Assembly (NCBI GenBank): GCA_000165345.1
Contig: CM000436.1
Coordinates: forward strand, 416,001-480,000
Direction of reading: 5' to 3'
DNA: 64,000 bases
Positions 1 to 9,800 of the stretch are shown here, one piece after another. The position numbers and the translations under genes were made by a program. The notes below the pieces were generated by a model that was given only the letters and a program-made list of their open reading frames with translations, did no database searches and was not told the DNA's origin. How positions within the stretch are numbered: position 1 is the stretch's first letter; each line of letters opens with the position of its first letter.

Positions 1-28
1 TAAATTATTTCATGAAAATAATTGGCTA

Positions 29-2137
29 ATGCATAATGTACTTGATAAAGACTCTGGTAATTTTCAAGAGACATTTCAAATCTTTAATGGAGAATCAGGT
101 TCAATGGAAGAAATTAGCTTCTTGAAAAACCATATGGTTAGCTGGTTTAAATGGAATTTCCTCCAGGTAAAGTCTCAATCTCTTATACTTGGTGAGTTTA
201 TGATTATTTATTTGATAATAATTGCTATCGAAGTTTCAAAAAGAATTCCTAGTGGAGTTACAATATTCTTTATATTTGTTGTATTTTCATTTGCAATATC
301 TAGTGCATGTTTATGTACTAGTATTATTTCAAAGCATATTTTTGTGATATTCAATTATTGGATCCTTCCAATTATGGCACCAAAATTTGGAATTTCAGGC
401 AAAGATTCAGAGTTAAATAATCTAAAGAATAAAGAAAAAAAGAATATTAGAAGATTAAGAAAGCATAATCAAAACACAAATTTAGTTAAGGATTCGAATT
501 ATTGTGATAAATATAAAAAGATTGACAAGAATGAAAAAGAAAGAAAATTAAACAGAAGAAAAAGGGAGGAAAGATTAGTAAATATAAAGAAGAGGAAGAT
601 TCCAGTGATTTACAAGATAAAAAGCTTCTTTAAGCTAATATTTTGTATTTTATCATCATTTCTCTTACTAATAAAGTTGCAGATTTTCAAGTTTATTGGA
701 ATTTCTTATAGGAATAAACAAAATAGAAAAATTGAAAAAATGACATTTTTTGTTCAATTTTCATTTATTACACTTTTGATTATAATGGGATTATTAATCA
801 ATATAGTTTCTTCATTCATTCCAAGATTTCCAATAGATTATATAGATGAAAACAATAAAATTCTTCAAGAGCAATTGGAATTAAGTAAAACAGCTTTTTT
901 AAACTTTTCTGAGAAAAATGAATTGCTAAAACATTATAACAATGATATTTATATTGCTAAAACATTTAATATTGTTTTTGGATCTTTATTTGATATCAGA
1001 ATAATAAGCAGTTCAGTCAATTTTATGTTAGCTTTAACAGCAGGTATCGAAGTAATTATACTTACTTGGTATATGTATAGAGATATCCAGGAGGAGATAA
1101 TTGGAAAGAATGCTTTAAAATTCCAAACAATTGGGTTTGTGATTTCAACTGTTTTACTTTCTATTGGATTTTTACTTGGAATAAAATTGATTTTTATAAT
1201 ATTTATATTACTATCATTTTCAAACTATTTAATTTTTTTTATAATTTCTAGATATTTTGCAAAGAAGAATTTTATAATAAATCATGAACAAGTAATAAAA
1301 AGACAGAAATACAGTCCAATTTGGTGGTTATATGTTTCTAATATTGATATTTTAAGAAGAAAATTTAATTCACAAGAATTGGAAGATGCTGGATCATTAA
1401 CATATTATTCAGAGAAATCAATTATACAAGTAGGTAGTACGAATAGTGATAATTATGACTATTGTTTCAGTGATTTGAATAATAAGAAGATTATTCAACA
1501 TGGATATTCTTCAAAGAATGAAGAACTGATTGAAAATATTTCCAACTTTAACCTATACTGTAATGTTAGATCTCGACAACCATTATTTATCAGTTTCTGG
1601 TTTATTATGGCAAAATATTTTTCTTCTATACTTATTTTCAGTACCATACCTTTGAGTATAGCAAATACTTTAAGTTTACTCTTCTTTAGATTAGATTGTT
1701 TGGATGGTATAGTTTCTGAGATTTTATTACTGAATTACATTTCTAAAATGAAGATAAACATGATAAATATTACAAATCGTGTATCAATCTTTCAACCAAT
1801 TCAAGTTATTGTAATCAGTATGTTAATTGTATTTGGAATTAGTACAGCATTAATTATTACATTATATATAAAATTCAAGCAAAATAAGTTAAGAAAAATT
1901 TCGAATAATGGTAATAATCCTAATTGCTTAATTACTAATAATCAAAACTATTCAAGAGAAGATCAAGAAATTAACTTGAATAATATATTAGATGACGTTT
2001 ATGAGTCTTTAAAAGTTCCAGAATGTATTGAATTATATTCAAACAATAAGATTGAGAATTTGGGGAAAATGCCCCAAAAGCTTATAATTTCCTTTGCAAT
2101 GCTTGAAAATCATAAATTATTAAACAAATATAAATAG
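29..2137 (+). CDS. Hypothetical multi-pass membrane protein (702 aa). No in-frame stop between window start and the first ATG, so it may be 5'-partial
   Basis: Long ORF with many hydrophobic helices (e.g. FMIIYLIIIAIEV, IFFIFVVFSFAISSACL, VLLSIGFLLGIKLIFIIFILL) and a K/R-rich low-complexity loop. No recognisable family. Confidence 0.5.
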   Translation: MHNVLDKDSGNFQETFQIFNGESGSMEEISFLKNHMVSWFKWNFLQVKSQSLILGEFMIIYLIIIAIEVSKRIPSGVTIFFIFVVFSFAISSACLCTSIISKHIFVIFNYWILPIMAPKFGISGKDSELNNLKNKEKKNIRRLRKHNQNTNLVKDSNYCDKYKKIDKNEKERKLNRRKREERLVNIKKRKIPVIYKIKSFFKLIFCILSSFLLLIKLQIFKFIGISYRNKQNRKIEKMTFFVQFSFITLLIIMGLLINIVSSFIPRFPIDYIDENNKILQEQLELSKTAFLNFSEKNELLKHYNNDIYIAKTFNIVFGSLFDIRIISSSVNFMLALTAGIEVIILTWYMYRDIQEEIIGKNALKFQTIGFVISTVLLSIGFLLGIKLIFIIFILLSFSNYLIFFIISRYFAKKNFIINHEQVIKRQKYSPIWWLYVSNIDILRRKFNSQELEDAGSLTYYSEKSIIQVGSTNSDNYDYCFSDLNNKKIIQHGYSSKNEELIENISNFNLYCNVRSRQPLFISFWFIMAKYFSSILIFSTIPLSIANTLSLLFFRLDCLDGIVSEILLLNYISKMKINMINITNRVSIFQPIQVIVISMLIVFGISTALIITLYIKFKQNKLRKISNNGNNPNCLITNNQNYSREDQEINLNNILDDVYESLKVPECIELYSNNKIENLGKMPQKLIISFAMLENHKLLNKYK

Positions 2138-2676
2138 ATATCTCCATTTAACCTCATTGTTATAGAATAGCTATATTTTGATAAAATATAATAAAGCTTA
2201 TTAGAGATAGAGAATCAAGTAATAATCATCTTAATAAAGATACTGTTATTTCTCAGGATTAGTATTTTTCAGACTTTAAATTTTAACTTTGACATTTTTT
2301 CTTCTTATAATCTTATTAATTAATAGTGCGTGTACATAAGTGCATGTATATTACTTTTTATTTTGTATTATCCACTTAAACTATTTCATATACCGGTATT
2401 ACATGCAGATACACGTGTTTATAAAGAAAAGCCGCCCCACAGCACATGCAATAATTCATGAGAGTTCCCGCCTTCTAGGAAAGCACCACAAAATAAATTT
2501 AAAGTCAAAATATTAGGCGGATAAAGATAAAAAGGATAAGTTAAATAAGAAATTAAGGGCGTTAATTTCCGAGGTAGTGATAAACATTATTAGCGGAGAA
2601 TTAGGGGTAAGAGAAGGAATCTTGAAAAATCTTATTTGGAGCAAATGTATGAGTGTAACTGAAAGTAAGCTTATCA

Positions 2677-5600
2677 ATGTTAAAGAAGATTTTTGGTAAA
2701 AAGAATGAGGAGGGAGAAGATGGTGTAAAACCAGTAAAAGCTAATTTAGGAGAGGAAAATAAATTCTATTATAATAAGGAGTTAAAAAGTTGGGTTGTTC
2801 GTGGGGAAGAACACTTAGTCGAGCAGAAGCAAAACCTTCCACCTCCACCTCCAAAGAGGCCAACAACAACGGATTCTGGTACTAGGACAGAAAGTATGGC
2901 ATCTTTTTCCTCAGGTTCTCAGAGTACAGGAATAAGAAAGAATTTATATACTTCTACACCTGGATTGAATATTATGAAAAATTCCAAGGAGCAAATAGGA
3001 GGAATAATACCTGCTATAGGCTTTAACTCCTCCAATGCAAATGCAACTTTATTTGGTCCAGTTGGTGCGCCTAATAACAATAATGCTATAGATAACTTGG
3101 ACAATCAAAGTGGAAATTTAGAACCTGGTAAATACGATCCAAAGGATTTAAATGAAAAGCAAGGTATTCAAGAGCAAATCCAGGTTAGAAGTGATTCTAA
3201 AGAAGCAAGAAGAACATCTATTCAAGGAAAGGAACTAGAGGGCGAACATTTAGAGCTGAGTCCAAGCAACTTTGAAGGTTATTCTGCTGAAATTTCCGGG
3301 CTTGGTCGCCATTTACGAGAAGATCAGAACATATCAGTCCCGTCTTCGTCTTATACAAATTTCACTAATCAAAGCAGTGCTAATACAATATCAATAACTA
3401 ATAAAGTACTCCCTCCTATACCATCTTTACCAAATGCAGCTATTTCAAATCGTGATTTAACATATGGAGTATCTCAAAGAAGAGCATCTCTCCAGGATTC
3501 TCCTTTATCGTTTATTTCAACTCCAAATGTAATTCAGAATCCAAAGGATACTTTGGGAGAAAAAATGGAGGAGGCTTCAACATCCCAGAATCAGTACATT
3601 CACCAAGAGATTTCTGGAAAGCAAGTTTGTCAAGAATTTGATTATAATAATATTGGAATTTCAATCCAAGGTTTGAATGAACAGCAAGAAAATATGATGG
3701 AAAGTATGAGAAACCAAGTAGAGGAAAGCAAGATGAACTCAACTATTTCAAATTCAGAGAGTGACCAGACTGAAATCCTATATACTCAGAATGATATGAG
3801 ACAAAGACAAAGAATAAGACCACTGTCTCAGAGAAGTGCTGCTTCAAACGGTATTTCTGGATTAACTGAGAAAAATGAACAAATAGATGTAATTAAAGAA
3901 AAAATGGATATAAATTGGAATAAAGCCTCCTCTGGAGGTGAAGTTGTAAATCATAGAGTGAGCAATACACCAAAAATGGAGTCATCCATTCTTGAGTTGA
4001 TTTCATTTTTTGGATTCAAATATGACGAGAAATCCCAAAAGTTATTGGATAATTTGGAGTATAATGAGAATATGAATATTAGCGAACAACATTATTCTGC
4101 TCAGAAAGAAGAAAAGAGGAGTTTAACACAAGTTTGTATAGATATTAAGGAAAATAAGTTAAAACAAATGAACTTTTTGGTTGGAAAAATTTTCAAAAGT
4201 TTACAAGACTCTAGTAGTGAGTATGATAGTTTATTGGAGATGATTTTGAATATTGGTAACATTACAAATAAGACATTTCAAGAAATTTCAGGGACTATTA
4301 ACATAGTAATGTCCAATAGTGATGAGATTGAAAAGGAGCTTATTAAAACTAGGGGGTTGTATCTAGACTTAGTTAAAAAGTACAAGGCAATATATAAGCA
4401 GTACGAGACAGATATGATAACTTTGAGAAGTGAATTAGAAAATGAGAAGAATATGAACATTACAAATTCTAAAGAGTTTGAGGAGAAGTTAAAGAGGGTT
4501 CAGGATGAGTTTTCATCAAATGAAGCTTCAAATAACGAATTACTGCACCAATATTATTCATATATTCAAGATCTACAACATAGATTTGAAGAAATGCAAG
4601 AGAATATGCAAGGAAAGGATCTTGAGATTAAGATGTCAGAGGAAGAGATTCAGAAGTTAAAATCTGAAATTGAAGAATTAAGAATAAAGTTAGAAGAGAA
4701 AAAAAGAGAGTTTATGCTAGCTTCAGAAAAGTTTGAAGAGTATGAGAGAGAAAATCAGAGATTAAGAGAAAGTAATGAAGAATTGATTTCGCTTTCAAAA
4801 TTGAATGAAGAGAATAGCAAACAAGAAAGAATAGTATTAATTGAGGAGCATAAACAGGAGCTAGAGTTAATGGAGAAGTTCAGTCGCGAGCAAGATGAAC
4901 ATATTAATCAACTTCAAAAGAGTATAGGTGACTTAAGTGAGGAAAGATCTGAGCTACTGAATCAAAGTGAACAGCTAAGGAATGAGATTATGATAATTAA
5001 AGCACAAGTTGAGAACTTAGTAGAAGAGAAGTCTAAGATAGAGGAAGAAGTCTTGACCTTAAGTTCACAAAACCAAGACAAGTCCTCAAGAATTATTGAA
5101 CTAGAAAGTATGATTGGAACTGAGTCACAGAGAATGGAAACAGTTTCTAGAGAAATGGAAGAATTAAAAGGCTTGAATAGTCAGATGGAACAAAAAATAG
5201 AGGAAATTGAAAAGGAAAAGATTCAAATAGAGTCAGAATTAAGACTAGAAAAGGAAAGCTCAGTTGAAAATTTCGAGAAATTGTCAAAAGAATTAGAGGA
5301 AATGACACTAAAGAGCCAGAGTTTAATGGAAGCTTCTAAGGATGAAATGGAGTCTGAGAGAAGAAAGTTGAAGGAAGAGCTGGAATCTAAGACTGAGGAG
5401 TATAATAAGCATATTAATTGGTTAGAAAGTGAAATTTCAAGAGTTGATGAGGAGTGGAGGACAAGACAAACACATATTGAGGCAAACTATGAACAGCTTT
5501 ATGCACAGTATATGGATTTGAGCTCAAGAGAAGGCGAACTTGGAGTTTTACAGGAAAGGGTTAACGAACTTGAATCTGAAAAGGTTAATAGAAATGAGTA

Positions 5601-6294
5601 CATTTCAGAATTAGAAACGAAATTGAATGAAAGTCAAAATGACAACAGGGTTTCAGAGCTAGAAGAGAGACTGAAAGAAATTGAGATCCAGAATCAAGAC
5701 AATTCAAACAAACTCAAAGAATCTGAGGAAGAGATTCTGAGAGGCAAAATGTCCATTAGTGAGCTTGAGGCTCGTCTTGAATCTGAAACAGGTAGAAACA
5801 AGTCTCTAAATGATGAAGTTGAAAGCTTACAGACTTCAAATGGAACTTATTTGGCTAGAATCGAGGAACTGGAGAGAAGGCTTGAAAGCTCTGAGCAATA
5901 CAAAGACTACATGTGTAAACTTGAACAGAGAACATTAGAACTCGAAAGCTCCTTAGAAGTAAAGTGTAAGGAATATGACTCATTAGAAGAGCAACATAAC
6001 AAGTTGATAAATGAAAACAAAGAACTCGAAAGATTAAATAGTCATGAAAATAATCATCAAATGAAACTTGAGAACGAAAAACTTAAAGAAACTAATGAAG
6101 CAGTCTATATCAAACTGGAAGCTTTCTCCAGAGATATTGACATGCTTAATAATCAACTTGAGTGGGTCAGAAGATATTCCCCACAAGTATATGAAGCAAT
6201 GCTCGAAAATACCTATCAATATTCTGGCCCATCCTTTGATAGTAATCCCAACAACCCCGGTGCTGAACACGAAATTTCCGATATTGCTCTGTAG
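2677..6294 (+). CDS. Large coiled-coil protein (1205 aa): proline- and S/T-rich N-terminal half, about 600 aa of E/K/L-rich heptad coiled coil at the C-terminus
   Basis: ORF track. PPPPPKRP motif near the N-terminus. C-terminal half is dominated by ELE / KLE / EEL repeats typical of myosin-tail or golgin-like coiled coils. No catalytic motif seen. Confidence 0.6.
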   Translation: MLKKIFGKKNEEGEDGVKPVKANLGEENKFYYNKELKSWVVRGEEHLVEQKQNLPPPPPKRPTTTDSGTRTESMASFSSGSQSTGIRKNLYTSTPGLNIMKNSKEQIGGIIPAIGFNSSNANATLFGPVGAPNNNNAIDNLDNQSGNLEPGKYDPKDLNEKQGIQEQIQVRSDSKEARRTSIQGKELEGEHLELSPSNFEGYSAEISGLGRHLREDQNISVPSSSYTNFTNQSSANTISITNKVLPPIPSLPNAAISNRDLTYGVSQRRASLQDSPLSFISTPNVIQNPKDTLGEKMEEASTSQNQYIHQEISGKQVCQEFDYNNIGISIQGLNEQQENMMESMRNQVEESKMNSTISNSESDQTEILYTQNDMRQRQRIRPLSQRSAASNGISGLTEKNEQIDVIKEKMDINWNKASSGGEVVNHRVSNTPKMESSILELISFFGFKYDEKSQKLLDNLEYNENMNISEQHYSAQKEEKRSLTQVCIDIKENKLKQMNFLVGKIFKSLQDSSSEYDSLLEMILNIGNITNKTFQEISGTINIVMSNSDEIEKELIKTRGLYLDLVKKYKAIYKQYETDMITLRSELENEKNMNITNSKEFEEKLKRVQDEFSSNEASNNELLHQYYSYIQDLQHRFEEMQENMQGKDLEIKMSEEEIQKLKSEIEELRIKLEEKKREFMLASEKFEEYERENQRLRESNEELISLSKLNEENSKQERIVLIEEHKQELELMEKFSREQDEHINQLQKSIGDLSEERSELLNQSEQLRNEIMIIKAQVENLVEEKSKIEEEVLTLSSQNQDKSSRIIELESMIGTESQRMETVSREMEELKGLNSQMEQKIEEIEKEKIQIESELRLEKESSVENFEKLSKELEEMTLKSQSLMEASKDEMESERRKLKEELESKTEEYNKHINWLESEISRVDEEWRTRQTHIEANYEQLYAQYMDLSSREGELGVLQERVNELESEKVNRNEYISELETKLNESQNDNRVSELEERLKEIEIQNQDNSNKLKESEEEILRGKMSISELEARLESETGRNKSLNDEVESLQTSNGTYLARIEELERRLESSEQYKDYMCKLEQRTLELESSLEVKCKEYDSLEEQHNKLINENKELERLNSHENNHQMKLENEKLKETNEAVYIKLEAFSRDIDMLNNQLEWVRRYSPQVYEAMLENTYQYSGPSFDSNPNNPGAEHEISDIAL

Positions 6295-6622
6295 CTCCGC
6301 GGGGCAACCCCACAATGCCCGCCATCGACTGCATGGATTTCCCGCCATGAAGCGGGTATTGATTTTAGGTTTTTTCTTTGGAGAGGGTTCCGAGCCTTAA
6401 GTACTGTCTAAAGTAATGGCCCCTCTTGGGCTAGAGGGGGGGAGCAGGAGGGAAAAGCTGTGAGAAAAAGGAAAGAGGAGGAGAGGATAAGAAAGAACTA
6501 AAAACGGCTAGTAAAAAGAGTAACAAGACTGTGTGAAAGAAGCCTCAAGTGTGAGGAAGAGGTAAGACTTTTGGAATTGGAAGAGACTAGAAGAGTCTAA
6601 CTTCAATAGAAAGACAGTTATA

Positions 6623-6660
6623 TTTCTATATATGTATATGTATATATACATATATAGAAA
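6623..6660. repeat. AT-rich hairpin: 17-bp inverted repeat TTTCTATATATGTATAT / ATATACATATATAGAAA with a 4-bp loop
   Basis: Direct reading. Lies between the coiled-coil gene 3' end and the USP7-like gene. Confidence 0.6.
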
Positions 6661-6805
6661 TATATATATATTTACATGCAATATATATAATAGCGAGTAA
6701 ATAAATCGTCAATAGAAGGATAATCTTCAAGCCTCTAATTTTAGGAGGGATTGAAAGATTGAATGAGCCAAGCAAGGATTTTTAATTTCTAGCAAGACTG
6801 AGTAA

Positions 6806-9800
6806 ATGCATACTGGGCGTAATATAGAGAGGCCGTCCATGGAAGGCTTCTCGAGTAGAGAAAAACAGTATGACTACTCGAATATACCAGGACGGCTTCA
6901 AAATGAATTGGAGTTTAAGGTTGAGGGTTTTAGAAGAAGGATTATGGAGATGATGAACAGTACCGAGGGGGGTACGAAGAACCGACTATATTCAAATATT
7001 CACAGTTATAAAAACTTTAATTTTCGAATAATGATTCTTCCAAAGGTTAAATTGACTAGTGGAGGTTCGTTAGAAGGTCATATTTCTGCTTATTTGGAGG
7101 CAATCCCATCGCAAAATTGGCCTTCAAACTGGGTATGGTTGAATACAAGATATTCTGTGACCTTAATTAACCAAAAAGATTACAGAAAATCTCACTTTAT
7201 GAGTGATATATTCAGCTTTAAAGGAGAAAATGACCCAAAGAAGAAACTTACATTGGAGGAGAGAAATTATGACTATAGCTCTGCAGGCCCAGAAGCCGAT
7301 CGTGGTTGGAGTGATTTTTTTAGCTTAAAGACTCTCTTGGATCCAAAAACTGGTTTTATTGATTCTGAGACAGAAACAGTAATTTTCAGAGCTGGTGTAT
7401 TTCCGGTTTTATGTGATCCAGTTTCGTGTGGAAAGTCAAATTTTGACCATTTGGGAACTGATCGATCACTAACTGGATATGTTGGAATTCGAAACCTTGG
7501 AGCTACATGTTATATGAACTCCCTACTACAATCTCTATATCATATTGGAAGATTCAGAAAAGCTGTCTATACTATTCCCCTGAACCCAAATAGAGTCACA
7601 TCAGGCTCATCATGTTCTAATACTCCGATAAGTAGAGAAACAAGACCTGAATTAACTCCTTTGAGTGCTTGTATTCCTAAGATAGATGATTTCGGAGAGG
7701 TCACTCCTCAAAGTATTAGTTCTGAATCTAATAGCCTTGCCATTTCTTTATTGGGAGAAGCCTCAGAGGATGCTGTAGAATGGACCAGTAATGTTGCAAA
7801 AAGTCTTTTTGAGTATGAAAGTGATGGTATTGCTAGTCTTGAAAGTATTATGTCTTCAAATGCATGCCAAGATTATGGACAGAATACCGGTGTAGTAAGC
7901 GGTAATGTATCTGGTCCGGGATCTACAATAGGAGGAAACTGCTCAGCTTCGGATGCTGGAAATGATCAAACGAAGATTAGTTCTGCTCTCCAAACCTTAT
8001 TTTACGAGCTTCAAACCTGTTCAGAACCTGTGAATTGTCGTGAACTGATGAGATCTTTTGGCTGGGATGCTTCAGATGCATTCACCCAACATGATGCACA
8101 AGAGTTAAATAGACTACTTTGTGACCGTCTTGAGGAGGAAATGAAGAATACTGCTGTTGATGGGAGCATTAAAGCTCTTTTTGAAGGAGAGTATGAAAAT
8201 TATATCGAGTGCTTGGATGTTGATTGTACTTCTAGAAGGAGAGAAAACTTTTACGACATTCAAGTTGATGTTGAAGGAGTAAAGTCATTAGAGGAAAGTC
8301 TCCAGCGTTTTGTAGAGGAAGAAATTTTGGATGGTGAAAACCTCTATGAGGCTGAGGGCTTTGGAAAACAGAGAGCAAAGAAGGGAGTTAGATTCCAAAG
8401 ATTCCCACCTGTTGTTCAGTTCCATTTGAAGAGATTCCAATTCAATATTCAAAGTATGGATATGGTCAAGTTGAATGATTACTTTACTTTTCCAGAAAAA
8501 TTGGATCTATCTAGCTTTGTGAATCATAATAATAAAGGAGAAACAGATACTGGTAATATTGTAGAAGGTACCGAAAAGTATATATTACATACTGTTGTCA
8601 TTCATCAGGGGGATGTTCATAGTGGACATTATTATGCCTATATACGTCCAAAACCTGATTCAGACTGGTTTAGATTTGACGATGAAAAGGTTACTCTAGT
8701 TTCATCTTCTACAGCTATTGAAGATAATTTTGGAGGCCATGAGTATGAAGTTTGGGATTATTTGGGAAACCCAGAAAGTGATATTCCAAAAAGATCCAAA
8801 ACCCACTCAGCTTACATCTTGGTATATGTTAGGGAGGACCAAGCTCAAGATTTGCTTTCGGAGCCAATTCCTCAGGAGGTCAATCCTGATTTAGTTTCTA
8901 AATACAGAAAAGAGATTGAGATGATGAATCTTCGAAAGAGACTTAGACAAGATCTGAATGAGCATGTTCGAATTCAATTATTGTTATCAACAAGTTATAA
9001 TATCTCATCCTCTTGTCGTCCAAAATCCCAAGGTCTTCATCAAAGTATTTCATCCTTCCCATGGAATTACATATTCAAATGTTCAAGGGACTTTTCTTTG
9101 TCTCAGTTCCATTCTGAGCTTGAAAAAAGATTCTTGAACAAAAGGATGCTTCATAATGATGTTCCTAGTAGTAGTATTAGTTGTAATAAAGCTTTTGGAT
9201 CTCATTTATTCCTTCTGGAAACCAACCCGGAGGGAAACCACACTGCTTCAGGAGGAGCAAGAGGAATGGGTGGATTACATCATCATATTGGATACTCAAA
9301 TGGAGGCCCTACATCCTCAACCGGTCTATCCTTTTATACATGCATTTCATCTCCCCAAGGAGAGGGAATTAGCTCTGGAAACCGGATATCAGATTCTCAA
9401 AGAGGCGGAGCTGGTGGAATGCTAGGTAGAGCTATTGGATTTGGAAGTTCAACTTCTGGTACAAGATCAGGAGATGAGATCTTAATGTCGGATCTATGTA
9501 GAAGATACCATCGTGCAGGCCTTTGGGACTCATCTTGCCCAACTTTATATATGTGTTTGTATCTTGATGATGTCTCAAGCTTATTAATGGACCGAATCCC
9601 TCCAAATCTACCAATTAATGCAGATGGTTCATATTTAGAGAAGAGACAAAGGATTGAAAATAAGCTCAGAAACTTTAATGATAATGGAGGAGGAGAAGTT
9701 TTGCTTCTCTTGAGATATTTTGATATCTCAAACCCTAGGATCAATGAATTCTCCTTAAAATACTCTAGAAATCAGGAGATTCCAAATCTTTATAATCTAG

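Noticed and set aside
6068-6400. 110-aa plus-strand ORF overlapping the end of the coiled-coil gene and the GC-rich flank
   Set aside because: Alternative frame of a real CDS plus GC-rich spacer. No start context or homology.
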